Assembly (NCBI GenBank): GCA_024137785.1
Contig: JAHRHZ010000022.1
Location: 27,704,377-27,768,376 of the forward strand
DNA from: Ginglymostoma cirratum
Taxonomy: Eukaryota
Length of the DNA stretch: 64,000 nt
Reading direction: 5' to 3'
A program made the position numbers and the translations under genes. Position 1 is the stretch's first letter. The number at the start of each line of letters is the position of its first letter. Shown here piece by piece: positions 50,875 through 63,007 of the stretch. The notes below the pieces were generated by a model. It saw nothing but the letters and a program-made list of their open reading frames with translations. It had not been told where the DNA came from and made no database searches.

Positions 50875-51860
50875 GAGAAGTAGGCCTTTTAGCCATTCTG
50901 AATGTGTTCTACGTTCGGTATGATCATGGCTGATACTTTATCTAAGTGCCATATTCCGTTTTCTCTTCATATCCATTGATGCCTTTAATATCTAAAAGTG
51001 ATCTGTCTCTCTTTCTTTGAATAGATTCAATGACTTGGCATCTGCAGGCCTCTGTGGTGGAGAATTCCACAGGTTCATCACCCTTTGAGTAAATCTTTCC
51101 TTATCTTGGTCCTAAATGGCCAACCCCTTGTTCTGGACTCCCAACCAGGAATACATCCTCCCAACATCTAATCTGTCCAGTTCTTTGAGGTTTATAAGTT
51201 TCATCTTCTAAACTCTGGTTTGACTGAGCCTCAAGACAATCCTGCCATCCTCAGTCTAGTGAGCTTACCTCTCCAATGTCAATATAGCTAGTATATCCTT
51301 TCTTGGGTAGGGAAACCAGAACTGTATCTAATACTCTAGGTATGTTCCTCCAAGGTCCTGTATAGCTGTACTAGGATAAACCTTACTTCTAACTCCAGTC
51401 CTGTTGCAACAAGGACTAATACAGCATTTGCCGTCTAAATTGCTTGTTACAACTGCCTATCTGAATTTTTTTTTTTGCGTTATCGTAGTCTTGCCACACA
51501 ATAGAGCTGCCCTTCCTTGGATAGATGACTGGCTCCTTCATCCAAATCATTATATACATCATAAGTAGTTGGGGTCCCAAGCACAGATGCTTACAGTACC
51601 CCACTAGTCACTGCTTTCCACCTGGAAAACGGCACCCATTTTTCCCACTGATTCTCCTGTCTGTCAACGAATTTTCAACCCATGCCAATGTATTGTCCCT
51701 AATCCCACATGCTTTAATTTTGCCCAGTAACACTTTGTGGCACCTTGTCAAAAAAGCCTCTTTGTCCTGTTTTGCTGAATTTTAAAATGCTCCCAATCCT
51801 CCAGTTGCTGCTTTTACTGGCAATTTTATATGTCTCCTGTTTGGATCTAATACTATCTCT
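50875..51860 (-). mobile_element. Decayed CR1 LINE 3' part
   Basis: AGTAGGCC...ATGATCATGGCTGAT tail; minus-strand LGPQLL RT motif in ORF 51416-51604. Confidence 0.7.
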
Positions 51861-52314
51861 AATTGTACCTTAATTGCATGCATCCCTAATTTCTTAATTT
51901 AATGCTTTTGCTGCATCACCACTGTTCGCAGGCTGATAGACAGCACCCATCAAAGTTTTCTGCCCCTTGGTATTTCTTCTCTAGCCGTACAGGTTCCACT
52001 GATTCATTCCAACTCCATTATACAGGGTGTATAGGTTTATGTGATTGAGTTTTCTTCAGAGGGTAGTGTGAATTTGTTTGGTTTCTAGTTGAACTATAAT
52101 GAGGATCTGTTTAGTCCTTGCCATCTTGGTTCCCAAATGATAGCTGCTGCATTTACTGTGAAATGCCATGTTTGAAAATACCTGCCAGTGCATCTCCACT
52201 AATACAAAGTACTGAAAATGGGTACTGGTATGGCAACCATGAACCTTTTTCAGATCTGCAGCTATGCTGCAACTTACTGTTTCTGAATATCTCTGACTTG
52301 ATCTGTTTGCCTAG

Positions 52315-52674
52315 GCCATCCACCAGAGGGCATCAACAAAGTGATCGTGTTCCAAGAAGCAGAGCGCAGGCAACAAATCCCCCACCAGTGTACGTCCACC
52401 CACCAGCTCTGTATCCTCCTCCACCTCACCCAGTTCCTCTTCCCCCAGGAGTGCCTCCCCCTCAATTTCCTCCACAGTTTCCTCCTGGCCAACCACCACC
52501 CACTGGATTTAGCATACCTCCTCCAGGATTCCCTCCAGCTCCAGCCACTATTTCTGCCCCTTGGGTACCTCCTGCCACTCCAGCAACTCCTGCAAGTGTA
52601 ATGCCAACAGTCACACAAGCACCTCCACTTTCCAGGGAGGAGTTCTACAGGGAACAGCGACGGCTGAAAGAAGA
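52315..52674 (+). CDS. RBBP6: RBBP6 Pro-rich exon (human exon 15 equivalent; ...PPGVPPPQFPPQFPPGQPPP...PLSREEFYREQRRLKE)
   Basis: Acceptor gcctag|, donor GA|GTGAGT; 360 nt, phase 2-2. Confidence 0.95.
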
Positions 52675-53286
52675 GTGAGTGATTCTTGTTTTATGAAACA
52701 TTTCATACTTTTAGTTGTTGATCAATAGTTTACAACATTGGGTTCTATTAGAAAGCTAGCTGCAGTTGAGCTATCAGGTGTATTATTTGCACCATATTTG
52801 TTGAAAATCTGAAAAATATGTTACAGATTCCATGTAGGTTTCTCAGGATGCATGGGAAAGAAAGCTGAATGTCTAAGACTGACCCTTGATCTGAACTATA
52901 CCTATGATTTTTTTTTTGAACTTCAAACATTACAAGTCTTAGTTTTTCGGATATGGATTAGTACCATTGCTACTCATGGGGATCAAGCTGAGACTTCCTG
53001 CGAGATGGAGATATCTTTTTTTAACCAATATCTTGTATGACCTGTATCTTTGGTACACTGTTTCTATGTGATCTTGGTATAGGAATGTGAAAATGTTGGT
53101 TGGAGAGTTTATCTTGTTTACTGTTGAATGCAGCACTATGACCAGATACTCCTCTGTAACTGGCTAGAAAAAAAATTGAAACAGACCTCTGTTATGATGA
53201 CCTAGGCTGGAAGAGTGTGTCATTGCTCTCATCCCACTACTCCATAGATCACAACTTTCAGGCTTTAAACAAAAAAAAAAATCAGC

Positions 53287-54155
53287 CATTCCAAGATGGC
53301 CACAGGATAGCAGGACTGCTTGCGGACTCTTGCCTAGGGATTATCCGCTCCCGTTTGCTTTTTCTTTTTTGTTCTTTTTATTTCTGCTCCTTCTCTTTCT
53401 TTCGTTTTTCTTTACTTTTGAGTTAGTCATCGGCGTAGCGGTGAGAGTGGGCTGTGCATGGAGTTGCAACAGCCTCCTGGCGATTGCAGGAGACAGCAAC
53501 AAGGACGTCCTCGCACTGTCCAGGTTTAGCAGCAGCAGCAAAGCTCCTTCAGGAATCAGTTGGCAACTCCGGCCAAGGTGATATCTTGAAGGAGGACTGC
53601 CAGAGTGGGACTCCTAGCGTAGCAGCCTGGCTTGGTAGCAGAGCCAGAGGCTCCTGGTTGCTGTCTAGCAAGACTGGGGACTCCTGTTGTTGGCAAGGTG
53701 GCTGCTGCAGTGGCCCAGACCAGGCATCATTCAAGGCGGCAACGCAGCCATGGGCTCCTGGTTGTAGTCACAGGCCTGGAGCAGGAGCTCCAGGCCTATC
53801 AGTGAGGTGGCAGCTGGTTGCAGGGTGAATGTGGGTTCAGCATGGGACTCAGCAGTGGCGAGATGGGCCCAGTGGCAAAGAGATGGTACCTAAAGAGTGG
53901 TGACTCCTCCAATAGTAAGTCCAGCGCAAACAGCCGTGAGGCACTGAAGCAGGTGTGCCGGTGCAGCTGTCACTGGTGAGCTGACTCGAGACTCAAGGTG
54001 AACGCAGCAGAATGAAGATGAGACTGCCTTTCAGTTACATCTTTTTACTCTTTTTATTTTTAGACTATTCAAAATGGTGCCAGATTGTGGCGACGCACTG
54101 TATTTTTTGTATTATTTACTGTAAAATGCAAGTGACAGTAAATAATTCAAATTCT
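53287..54155 (+). mobile_element. GC-rich non-autonomous LINE-like element (unclassified)
   Basis: Starts CAAGATGGC, has a T-rich spacer and internal RCTCCTGG repeats, and ends GTGACAGTAAATAATTCAAATTC. Confidence 0.45.
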
Positions 54156-54789
54156 TGATAAACTAAATTGAGCTCCTATCAAAACCAAACTTATTCACTA
54201 AAGATACTTTAATTAATTAGTATACACAATCCATAATATACAACTCTAAATGCTTATCTCTAAATATCCCTAAACCCCACACATATCCTAATCAGAAGTG
54301 TAGTGTGTTTTCTTTTTAGAAATGGGAAACATTTGCTGGACAGCTTGTTCACTGCAACCTTTTTTCCAGTTCAGTTAGTTCTTATGCTTCCCTCCTATTG
54401 AACTAGATAAAACAAAAATCTCTCCAAGCCAGTTGCTCTCCAAAATTACCAGCAGCCATGAGATTTCCAGGAACCCCTTTTTTAAAAATAACAATATAGT
54501 GCCCACTGTGAATTTGCAATGGCTGTTGTCAAAGAAACCATTCCAGCTATTTCCACCAATTTGAAATAACTTCTTTTTCCACAACCCTTCAAGCAGTGTT
54601 AAATATAAAGCTTCTTCAGAACACTGTACAAACCAGCATTTCATTCTGTGCCTCTGGTGGTCACGTAATGAGAACAAAAATGCAAGTAAATGTTGTTTAG
54701 TAGTACTGGACTGAGTTTTCACAAACTAACTGCTATGAAGAATGTCACTATGTCAGTAACATGAATTACAGCTGTTATTTTTGGTGGAG

Positions 54790-55850
54790 GGTTAGGAATC
54801 TCCCCACTTGTTGGAGTCATGCTTATGTCATACCTTTAAAAAAGGTTGTGATTGTTGTTCACTCATCTTAGTCCCAGGATATTACTGCAGGAGTTCTTAA
54901 GAGTAGTATCCTCAGCCCAAACACCTTCAACTGCTTCTTCAATGACCTTCATTCTATTATGAGGTTAAAAGTGGGAATATTTACTGCTGATTACACTGTT
55001 TTCCCCTTGAGAAGGTGCTGGGGGCTTTCTTAAACTACTCCAGCCCATTTGACATAGTTACACCCACAGTGCTGTTCGGTAGGGAGTTCCAACAGGGCAG
55101 AAACAGCAATACGTTTTCAAGTCAAGGTGTTGAGTGGCTTGAGGGGAATATGCAAGTGATGGTTTTCCCATGTATCTACTGCCTCTGTCCTTCTAGATGG
55201 TAGTGATTGTGGATTTGGATGGCTGCTGTCTAAGAAACCTTAGTGAATTTCTGCAGTGCATCATGAGAATGGTGGACACTGCTACTGAGGGTTGGTGGTG
55301 AAGGGATTGAAAGTTAGTTGATGTGGTGCCCTTCTAATGGGCTGTTTGTCCTTGGTGTCAAGGTTCTTGTGGTGTTAGAGCTGTAATCCTCCAGGAAAGT
55401 GGAGAGTATTCCATCACATTCTTGTGCCTTGTAGGTGGTGGACAGGCTTTGGACAATCAGGTGAGTTTCTTATAGCAGGTTTCCTAGCCTCTGGATATGT
55501 TCAGCACCAATCCTAGGCATCACCCAGGTCATTGTGTATTTGGTCATGGTCTGCGTCCGTATCTGCAGTGTGGCACATGGTGCTAAGCATGGTGCAATTA
55601 TCTTCCCACTTCAGACCTAATAGAAGGCAGATCATTGACAATGGCTGAGTCTGGAGCACTACCCTGATGACCTCTTGCAGAGATGACATGGAGCTGAGGT
55701 GACTGACCTAGATGTTCAGCACTGTTCGTCAACTCGGGTACTAGAACAGTTTGGGTCTGTATGCAGCAAGTCATGGGCAACATTTAGGCTTTGGCTAAGT
55801 GGCACATAATGTTTGTGCCACACAAGTGCCAGGCAGTGACAGTGTAAACT
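54790..55850. mobile_element. Rearranged CR1/L2-like LINE fragments in both orientations
   Basis: + RT piece 54790-55000, - 3' end 55000-55490, - RT piece about 55600-55710, + piece 55710-55840. Confidence 0.6.
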
Positions 55851-57418
55851 TAAACTTGTGTAAAAGTAGACAATTTGGCCACTCAAGCCTTTCACTGTTC
55901 TATAAGATTATGGCTAATCTTTGCATTTTGAATTCTGCATTTCCATCCATGCCTGATCAATGTTGAATTCCCTTGCCTAACAAGAATAGATCTACCTCTG
56001 TCTTTTAAAATGATGGTGATCCCACCTAGTTGTCTATTTCCCCATGAGGTCATGTACCGCACAGGACTCAATTTTTATCAGCCGGTTACCACATTTCTGT
56101 AATAATTGTCAGATCATATTTGTTTGCTTTAATATGTGGTATTGATTCATTTACTTTGACTGCTATATACATTCGAACATAGAGCATTTAGCTTTTTTGT
56201 TTTTTTTAGTATCTAGTCTTGGTGTATTCCTAGGTTTTTTTTTTCTCTGTATGCCTTCTTGCTATTTTCTGACCTTCATTTCCCATAGTATTACTAAATC
56301 TTTCCACTTTTGATCCGTTATTCACACTATTTCGTTAAAAGCATTGTATATTTTCCTGATCCAATGTATGTATAGAACATCCCAACAATACAGCCCCGTT
56401 TTCTTTCCCCCAGTACCAGAGCCAGTGATCCATGAACCAGAACACACTCATCCCACACCACTAGTCTCTGAGCCACATGTTCATCTCCTGGATGAAGCAC
56501 TGTCAACTGGAAATTCCAAACCCCTTTCCATCCTAATGTGGACCTATATCAGTTTCCTTCCACCACTGCAGGGTCAAATCCTGCACCTCCCTCACTGACA
56601 GGATTGTTGGTGTACCTACACCACATGAACAACAGTGGAAGAAAGCAGCTCCCCATCATCACTTAAGGGCATTTACCAGTAATGTCCACATCCAGTGAGC
56701 AAATGCATTTAAAAGAAACAAATTGCATTGTCTGCCTATACAGCTGCCTGACCATTAGCAGGATGGAACCAAACCTTTTTAAGAGTTCTAGTTTTATTTT
56801 CCCTCTGTGACACTCTGGAGGACCCAGCAAAAACTAGTCATCGTGTCTCCTGGTTAGTCCTCGTCTAGTGCTCACAGCAGCTTCGTGGTCAACAGCTTGA
56901 CTATCCTGCCATAAAGTGCAATGCCATGGCTAATGGCCAGCAAAGGAGAAATTGAACAAGGGCATGGTTCAGTTTGTCTCTGTTAATACTTTAATCTTAA
57001 TGCACCTCAGCTTTTCAAAAAGATCAAATGTCTCATTTGCAGATTTAATTTCTGTACTTCTATTTTAATTAGAGGGGAATGGCTTTTGTAGCTCAGCAAA
57101 TTGAACATTAACTTAGCTGAGAAAAGCAAGTTATATAATGGACAGATTAGTACTATGTTCCAAACTCCTTTTGAAGTCCGTGCCTTTGCTTCTAATGGTA
57201 AAACTTAAGAAAACAAAATTTGGTTATATGTAAAAGTAGGGCAGTTTTCATTGCTGGTAGCACGTTAAAAGGTATGCATAATGTAGATGTGGTAGCTGTG
57301 TTAAACATGTTAAGGCCTACAATCTTTGTTTTACGTAATGTTCTTCTGTCTTCTCTTCACCTCCACCTTCACCCCCACCCACCCATCCTCCACCACCAAC
57401 TGGTGCATCAAATTTTAG

Positions 57419-57520
57419 GGAGAAGAAAAAATCAAAGCTCGATGAGTTCACCAATGATTTTGCTAAGGAGTTAATGGAGTATAGAAAAATTCAAAAGGAA
57501 CGCAGGCGCTCCTACTCCAG
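57419..57520 (+). CDS. RBBP6: RBBP6 102-nt cassette exon (human exon 16 equivalent; EKKKSKLDEFTNDFAKELMEYRKIQKERRRSYS)
   Basis: Acceptor ttttag|, donor AG|GTAAGT; symmetric phase 2-2. Confidence 0.96.
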
Positions 57521-57703
57521 GTAAGTTTGCTTATTGTGAAATTGAACCTGAGCAGATCTGTCACTTCTTTAGCAGGTGTAAAGAATAACTTGTTTGTTAT
57601 ACTTACTTAATCTGTAAATAGAGAGGCCATCTGATCTAACAACAGCTAGTTTGCTGGTAAAATGGCAATTTCCTATTATGGCAGAATATTCAAGAAATTA
57701 TCA

Positions 57704-57836
57704 AGTTCTGAAGAAAGGTGACTGGATTCAAAATGTTGACTTTTTCTCACCACAGATGCTGCCAGACTTCCCCTGAGTTTCTGTAGTGATTTCTGTTTTT
57801 GTTTGATTCCCAGCATCCTCAGTGTCTTTTTTATTG
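57704..57836 (+). mobile_element. Degenerate hammerhead-family-2 element
   Basis: AGTT-CTGAAGA-AAGGTGACTGGATTC-AAAATGTT-GACT...CACAGATGCTGCC...CAGCATC. Confidence 0.6.
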
Positions 57837-58474
57837 TCATCGTGTCTTTGTTCATGTAAAGTTGGGGTGAATAACTTTGATTTTCCCTCCCCGTCCACCC
57901 CCACCCCCCCAAAAAAAATGACTTTGTCACCTGCTGTCTTTATCTTCCCTTGCTGCATTTTGCCTACAGTGTGTCTCATTTTTCTGTCTCAAAAATCAGT
58001 GCTGTTTCCAGTCTTTGTTTATTATGATTGGCACTTCAGCACACTGTCCCTATTGTGGAGTTACTGAAATTTCTTGTTTTATTTTGACATGATTTTCAGG
58101 ACTTATTTTTCTGTAGTTTTAAAAGCTTGCTTTACAAGTTTCCTATACCAAGTGTAATACTCATTATGCTTACAGAATAGTGGGCGTCATCTATTAGCTC
58201 CACCTAAGTGCTACCACTTGGTTATCAAACAGCAGAAATCTGGAGGCAGCAGACACAGCAGTGAACATTCGGCCAGAAGCTGCCTTGCCAGTATGCTGAC
58301 TGCCTGATGCCCTGCCCAGCCCAGCTTTTCGTTTATTCGAAAGTAGCCAAAATTTTAAATGGGTTCTCTTCTCGGATATGGGAGAAAGTTTGTGTATTTC
58401 AGTTGTTTGTTTGTAATTTTGGAATTGTAACATTTAATACTTAATCATTTTTTTCTATTCCATTCCCTACTCAG

Positions 58475-60259
58475 GTCCAGATCGCGTTCATATAGTGGAT
58501 CGTCATTCAGTGGAAGTTCTTACTCTTACTCCAAGTCTAGATCTAATTCCTCACGATCCTATTCCCGATCAGTTAGTAGATCACCAAGTCGTTCCTATTC
58601 AAGATCTCCTTCGTATCGAAGAGGTAGTGGGAAGAGTCGAGGTTATCGATCCAGATCCAGGTCACGTGGGTTTCACAGATCCAGATCCAGGTCACCATCC
58701 TACAGAAGCTATCGCTCTCGTACCCGATCTCCAAATTACAAAACACATTCTCCGTACAAACGAAGTGCCCCTCAAGGTGAAAACGATCGTGAGTATTATG
58801 ATCGCTACAGAGAGCCACCACCTCCGTTTGACTACAGAGAACTTTATGAAAGGCCTCGTGATCCAAGAGACTCTTTTGAGAGGGAACGGTACAGAGAGTG
58901 GGAAAGGCGATGCAGAGCATGGTACGAATATTATAAGGGCTACAGTGGTGGCAATCAGCCACGACCACGGTCTCCCTCAAATAAGGATCACTTCTCTCCA
59001 GAGCGCTTTGGTACTGCAAGTGCTAGGCGTGATGGTTCGCCACACAGCCGGAACCGTCGGGATGAATATCCAGCAGAACAGACCTCTCGGGTTCGTAATG
59101 TGGCTGGCGCTGGTAATTATCAAGAAAAGTACTCTTACAGAGAAAGTCACACTACAAAAGAATCAAGAGATTCAAAGGAAAAAGAAGCACCAAGCCTTCG
59201 TCCTGACTCCAAAGGAACAAAGCATAAAAAACACAGGAAGAAGAAAAAAGATGAAACAGAGACGCTCACTAACCCCGAATCTTCTCGTGATGGGAAGAAA
59301 ACCGGAGAGATTGCTGGCGATGAAGGGAAAGGGACCTCTTTGTTTCTGCCCCTCAGCAGAGATGATGCAACACCAGTGAGAGATGAGCCCATGGAAGGAG
59401 ACTCTATTCCTTACAAAGCCACATCTGAAAAGGACAGAAAGGAAAAGTTAAAATCAAAGAGTGAGAAACAGAAACGGAAAGCAGAGAGTAGCACGCCAAA
59501 GAAAGAACCCTCTGGAAAAACAGCAAAAGTATCTCAGGAAAAGCCTATCGAGAGAGAGAGAGAGAAATCCCCTCACATTGAGATCACCGCAAAGAAAACA
59601 AGGGAGGAATGTCCTCCCAAAATAGAGGGGACAAAAATCCATCTTCTTCCAAAAAGCGAGAAGTTTTTCTTACCCAGGAAGGTGCAGCTTAAAATGGGGC
59701 GTGAATACCAAGAGATGAAGATTGTAAAAGAGGAAAAACAAAGAAAGGATTACCCCAGGGAGGAAACTAAACATGAGAAACATGATAAAGCAGTCAATAG
59801 GGAGGAAAAATCAAAAAAGACAGTTAAAGCTGATGAAAAACTAACTAAAGCAGAGGTAAAAGCTGATAAACGTAAAAGGAAAACCGATGACAAAGTGAGA
59901 GAGAGAGAACTTGGAACACCTCCAACTAAATCATCAAAAGTAGAAACAACAGAGGGAGCAAAAACTTCAGTGAAAAGTAAGTTTAACTCTGGCAGTGAAA
60001 AATCAACAGAAAAACACACAGACTTGCCTGCTGACAAGGAGAAGGCCACTCCACCAAATGTAGCAGTGAGGAAAATCAAAATAAACCGGGAAAGTGGCAA
60101 AAAGATTGTGAGTGGAGAATCCCCAGCTCCACCAGAAGAGTCTACAGAATTAGCAGAAATGAATGGTGGGAAATCCAAACCTGAGAAAGTGAAAACCAAG
60201 ACGAGGAGGAAAGTGGTTGGGGGCGAGGTGGCTGGTTCAACACTTGTGGATTACACAAG
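58475..60259 (+). CDS. RBBP6: RBBP6 large exon (RS domain, ERERYREWER, Lys/Glu-rich region, ...STLVDYT)
   Basis: Acceptor actcag|, donor AG|GTTAGC; 1785 nt open, in frame with track ORF 59100-60296. Confidence 0.95.
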
Positions 60260-61069
60260 GTTAGCACATTTCAGATTTTGTATCTTTTATGTTTAGAGTG
60301 ATTAATAAAAACGCAGGGGCAGGGAGGGGGTCTGAGTGTAGTTCTGGGGTTTTTTGTTCTGTTTGAAGTGTTATTAAGGAGCCCAGTTTGTGTTCATGTG
60401 GTATGGTTCAGTTACCACAGCGAAGTTTTAGCATTCCCTGATTCTAGATAACCTTAGTAACCAAGCCCACAAAACTCCAATGTCTACGAGTGATTTTTCA
60501 AAATTTTTAATCCCCTGCTTTCTCCCAACAAAAAAAGCTGAATGTCGAGCATATTATTGAAATTGTAATTCCACTGTGGGAGCAGGGAGGAAATTGAGTC
60601 GAGTCCTGTCCCTACATGCAGATGTTTGGCTGAACTGCAGCAACTACAAAGCATCCTGTGCAGCTGAAATCAATGGTGCTTTGAACAGTCAAGCACATCT
60701 CACCTGCAATGCCATTTATGATCAACCATTGCAGACAAGCCTCTATTGCAGCACCCTTCACAATTTCATTGTGCACCACCTTTACCTGGGGCTTTAAGGT
60801 AGCTACGTGCAATCACCTGTTGACTCTCGCTCTGGCTTCCTCCTCTTGTAGGGAAGTGCATTCCTACAACAGCTGAGATGGAGGTGAGGTAAGTTGTGGG
60901 TGTGCGCCACGTGCTATTTCAGGTTAGTGCTTGATTGCATGCTGTTTGTGTGTTGCATTAGATGAGCCTTTTCAAGGTGACCATAACTAGGAATTGTAGC
61001 TACCAAAATGGTGGAGGGAATGTTGGCAGTCAAGATGTTGTAATTGAGCTGTTATTTTTCTGTCCCCAG

Positions 61070-62648
61070 TACCAGTTCTGCTGGAGGCAGTCCCATTAGA
61101 AAAGCTGAAGAGAAATTGGACACAAAGAAGACTGTGATCAAGACTATGGAAGAGTACAATAGTGATACTAGACCCCCAGCTGAAGATGAGATTGTTATTG
61201 TACAAGTTCCTCGTTCCAAATGGGAAAAGGAGGATTATGAGACTGACGAAGATGAAGGAAAAACAGCAGCTGCTGCATTAAATGTTGTGAAAGCCGCTGG
61301 CAGTGGAGCAGGTGCCTCTGTGAAGTCTATAAACCCTGCAAAGCAAACCGATAAAGAGGTTCCATCAGAGAGATTCCCAAAAACTGCTAAAGAAACAAAT
61401 CTGGATGAGACTCAACAGGAGCCCAAAGCAGCTGCAAAATGTTTAAGTGAGAAAGGTTTGAAGACCAAAGATAAAGAGCATGGGTCAGACAAGGAGACTC
61501 CAGACAAGAAGAAAGCTGTAGTTCAGCCTGACAAGCCAGCAGTTACAGAGCGGGATATAGAGTCAGCAATTGCCAATAATCTCCCTCAATCTTCAAAAGA
61601 CTGGATGGTTGAAAAATTAGATCCAGGCAGTAGAGGAACCTCAAATAAAGACGCAGGTCCTTGTGTTGATGGAAAAGTGGAAAGTGTCGACAGGCAGATC
61701 TCTATTTCCAAACACAGAGAGGAGCGAACTCGTGATATTAAGAAGCGGGATTCTCCCAGTAAATGTGAGGAGCTGACACAAAGCCTAAAAGGTAAAGAGC
61801 AACAGACTGACAGCAGGAAAAGTAGTACAGAGCCCAAGAAAAATGACCACAGTCCTGGGAAGGAAAGGAGACTGCATGCAGAGCACAGGAGTAGTTCTGA
61901 GTCCAGATGTGCCACTGAAGAACCAAAATCATCAACCCTTTCCAGCCGAGAGAAGGAGAAATATATTTTGGAAATTAGGAGCGGTAAGGACAGGCAAGTC
62001 ACTGGGAAAATGATCTCTCATCGGACTGAAATATCAGCTGAAAAGAATGATCAAGAGCATTCTGGACGAGGCGACAAGGATCACAGCCGCACCAAGCCCC
62101 CAGGACCAGTTAGCCGCTCTGTCCGACATTCTCGCCACTCCCTGGACCTGGCCAGAGAAACTGATGAGGCAGCCTTTGAACCGGACTACAATGAAAGTGA
62201 AAGTGAAATTGAAGAGGACCATACACTGAGGGAGGGAAGGGAAGCAAAAGAGATCATGCACCAAACAAGAGAGATCAAGGGAGTGTCTATAGGTTCTAGA
62301 AACAACAGTGCTAAAAGTCTCACCCAAAACAGCCTGAGCAGCCCTACTTGCTGTCAGAGCCACAGCCCAAGTGAGAGCCAGACTCGGAGCCGCAGTAGCA
62401 GTGTCAGTTCAGAGGACACTCAGGATAGCAAGAAGAAAAAGAAGAAAAAAGAGAAAAAGAAACACAAAAAACACAAGAAGCATAAAAAGCACAAGAAACA
62501 TTTGGACGTTGAGTCTGAACTTGACAAAACACAGAAACACAAACACAAAAAGAAAAAGTCTAAAAAAAGCAAGGACAAAGAAAAGGACAAGGACAGTGAC
62601 CAGAAGGTCCGATCATCTGTCATCTTACGAACGGCAGAAACTGATTAG
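61070..62648 (+). CDS. RBBP6: RBBP6 last coding exon (TSSAGGSPIRK...DEAAFEPDYNES...KKHKKHKKH...*)
   Basis: Acceptor tccccag|; in frame with track ORF 61044-62648; stop TAG 62646-62648. Confidence 0.96.
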
Positions 62649-63001
62649 ACAGTGGCTGGAGTATTTGATCAGATCCTGTAATAAATAGAAGCTTTGTAAA
62701 TATTCACTCGGACATTGCTATTCTGCGCTGAGTCCACTGCAACTTCAAAGATTTTGTTTTCTGTAATATTGAGGGTTTATAAATTAGTTTTTGTACAGAA
62801 TTATGTTTGACCATGGGTATGGGCAGATTATCCTGCAGCATTTTTAAGTGAACTATCAGACTACACTGGGAACTACTGTGAAAATTTTTCACTAAACTTT
62901 TTTTATAGCTGTGTATACAAGCTGACAGTGTAATTAATGTAAATGTTTTGCCTGATGATTTGCAGTATAAAGTAAAGCCTCACTGTGTCATCTTTTGACT
63001 G

Positions 63002-63007
63002 AATAAA
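63002..63007 (+). terminator. Likely main RBBP6 polyadenylation signal (a proximal AATAAA is also present at 62680-62685)
   Basis: AATAAA after an AU-rich UTR with several TGTA motifs; GU-rich sequence near 63044-63060. Confidence 0.65.

Larger units (their letters stand above)
12385..62648 (+). other. RBBP6: RBBP6 coding span: 17 exons, 5364-nt CDS, 1787 aa E3 ubiquitin ligase / CPSF-associated factor
   Basis: Exons were assembled by hand with GT-AG sites and consistent phases. Domain order is DWNN, CCHC knuckle, RING, Pro-rich, RS, Lys-rich. Confidence 0.97.

Noticed and set aside
58495-59379. 294-aa +1-frame ORF overlapping the RS exon
   Set aside because: GTG start right after a stop. 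RS and Lys/Glu low-complexity coding leaves shadow frames open, and no splice route into this frame was found.
59147-62688. Antisense and alternative-frame ORFs over the last two exons
   Set aside because: Shadows of the purine-rich Lys/Glu/Ser coding sequence.
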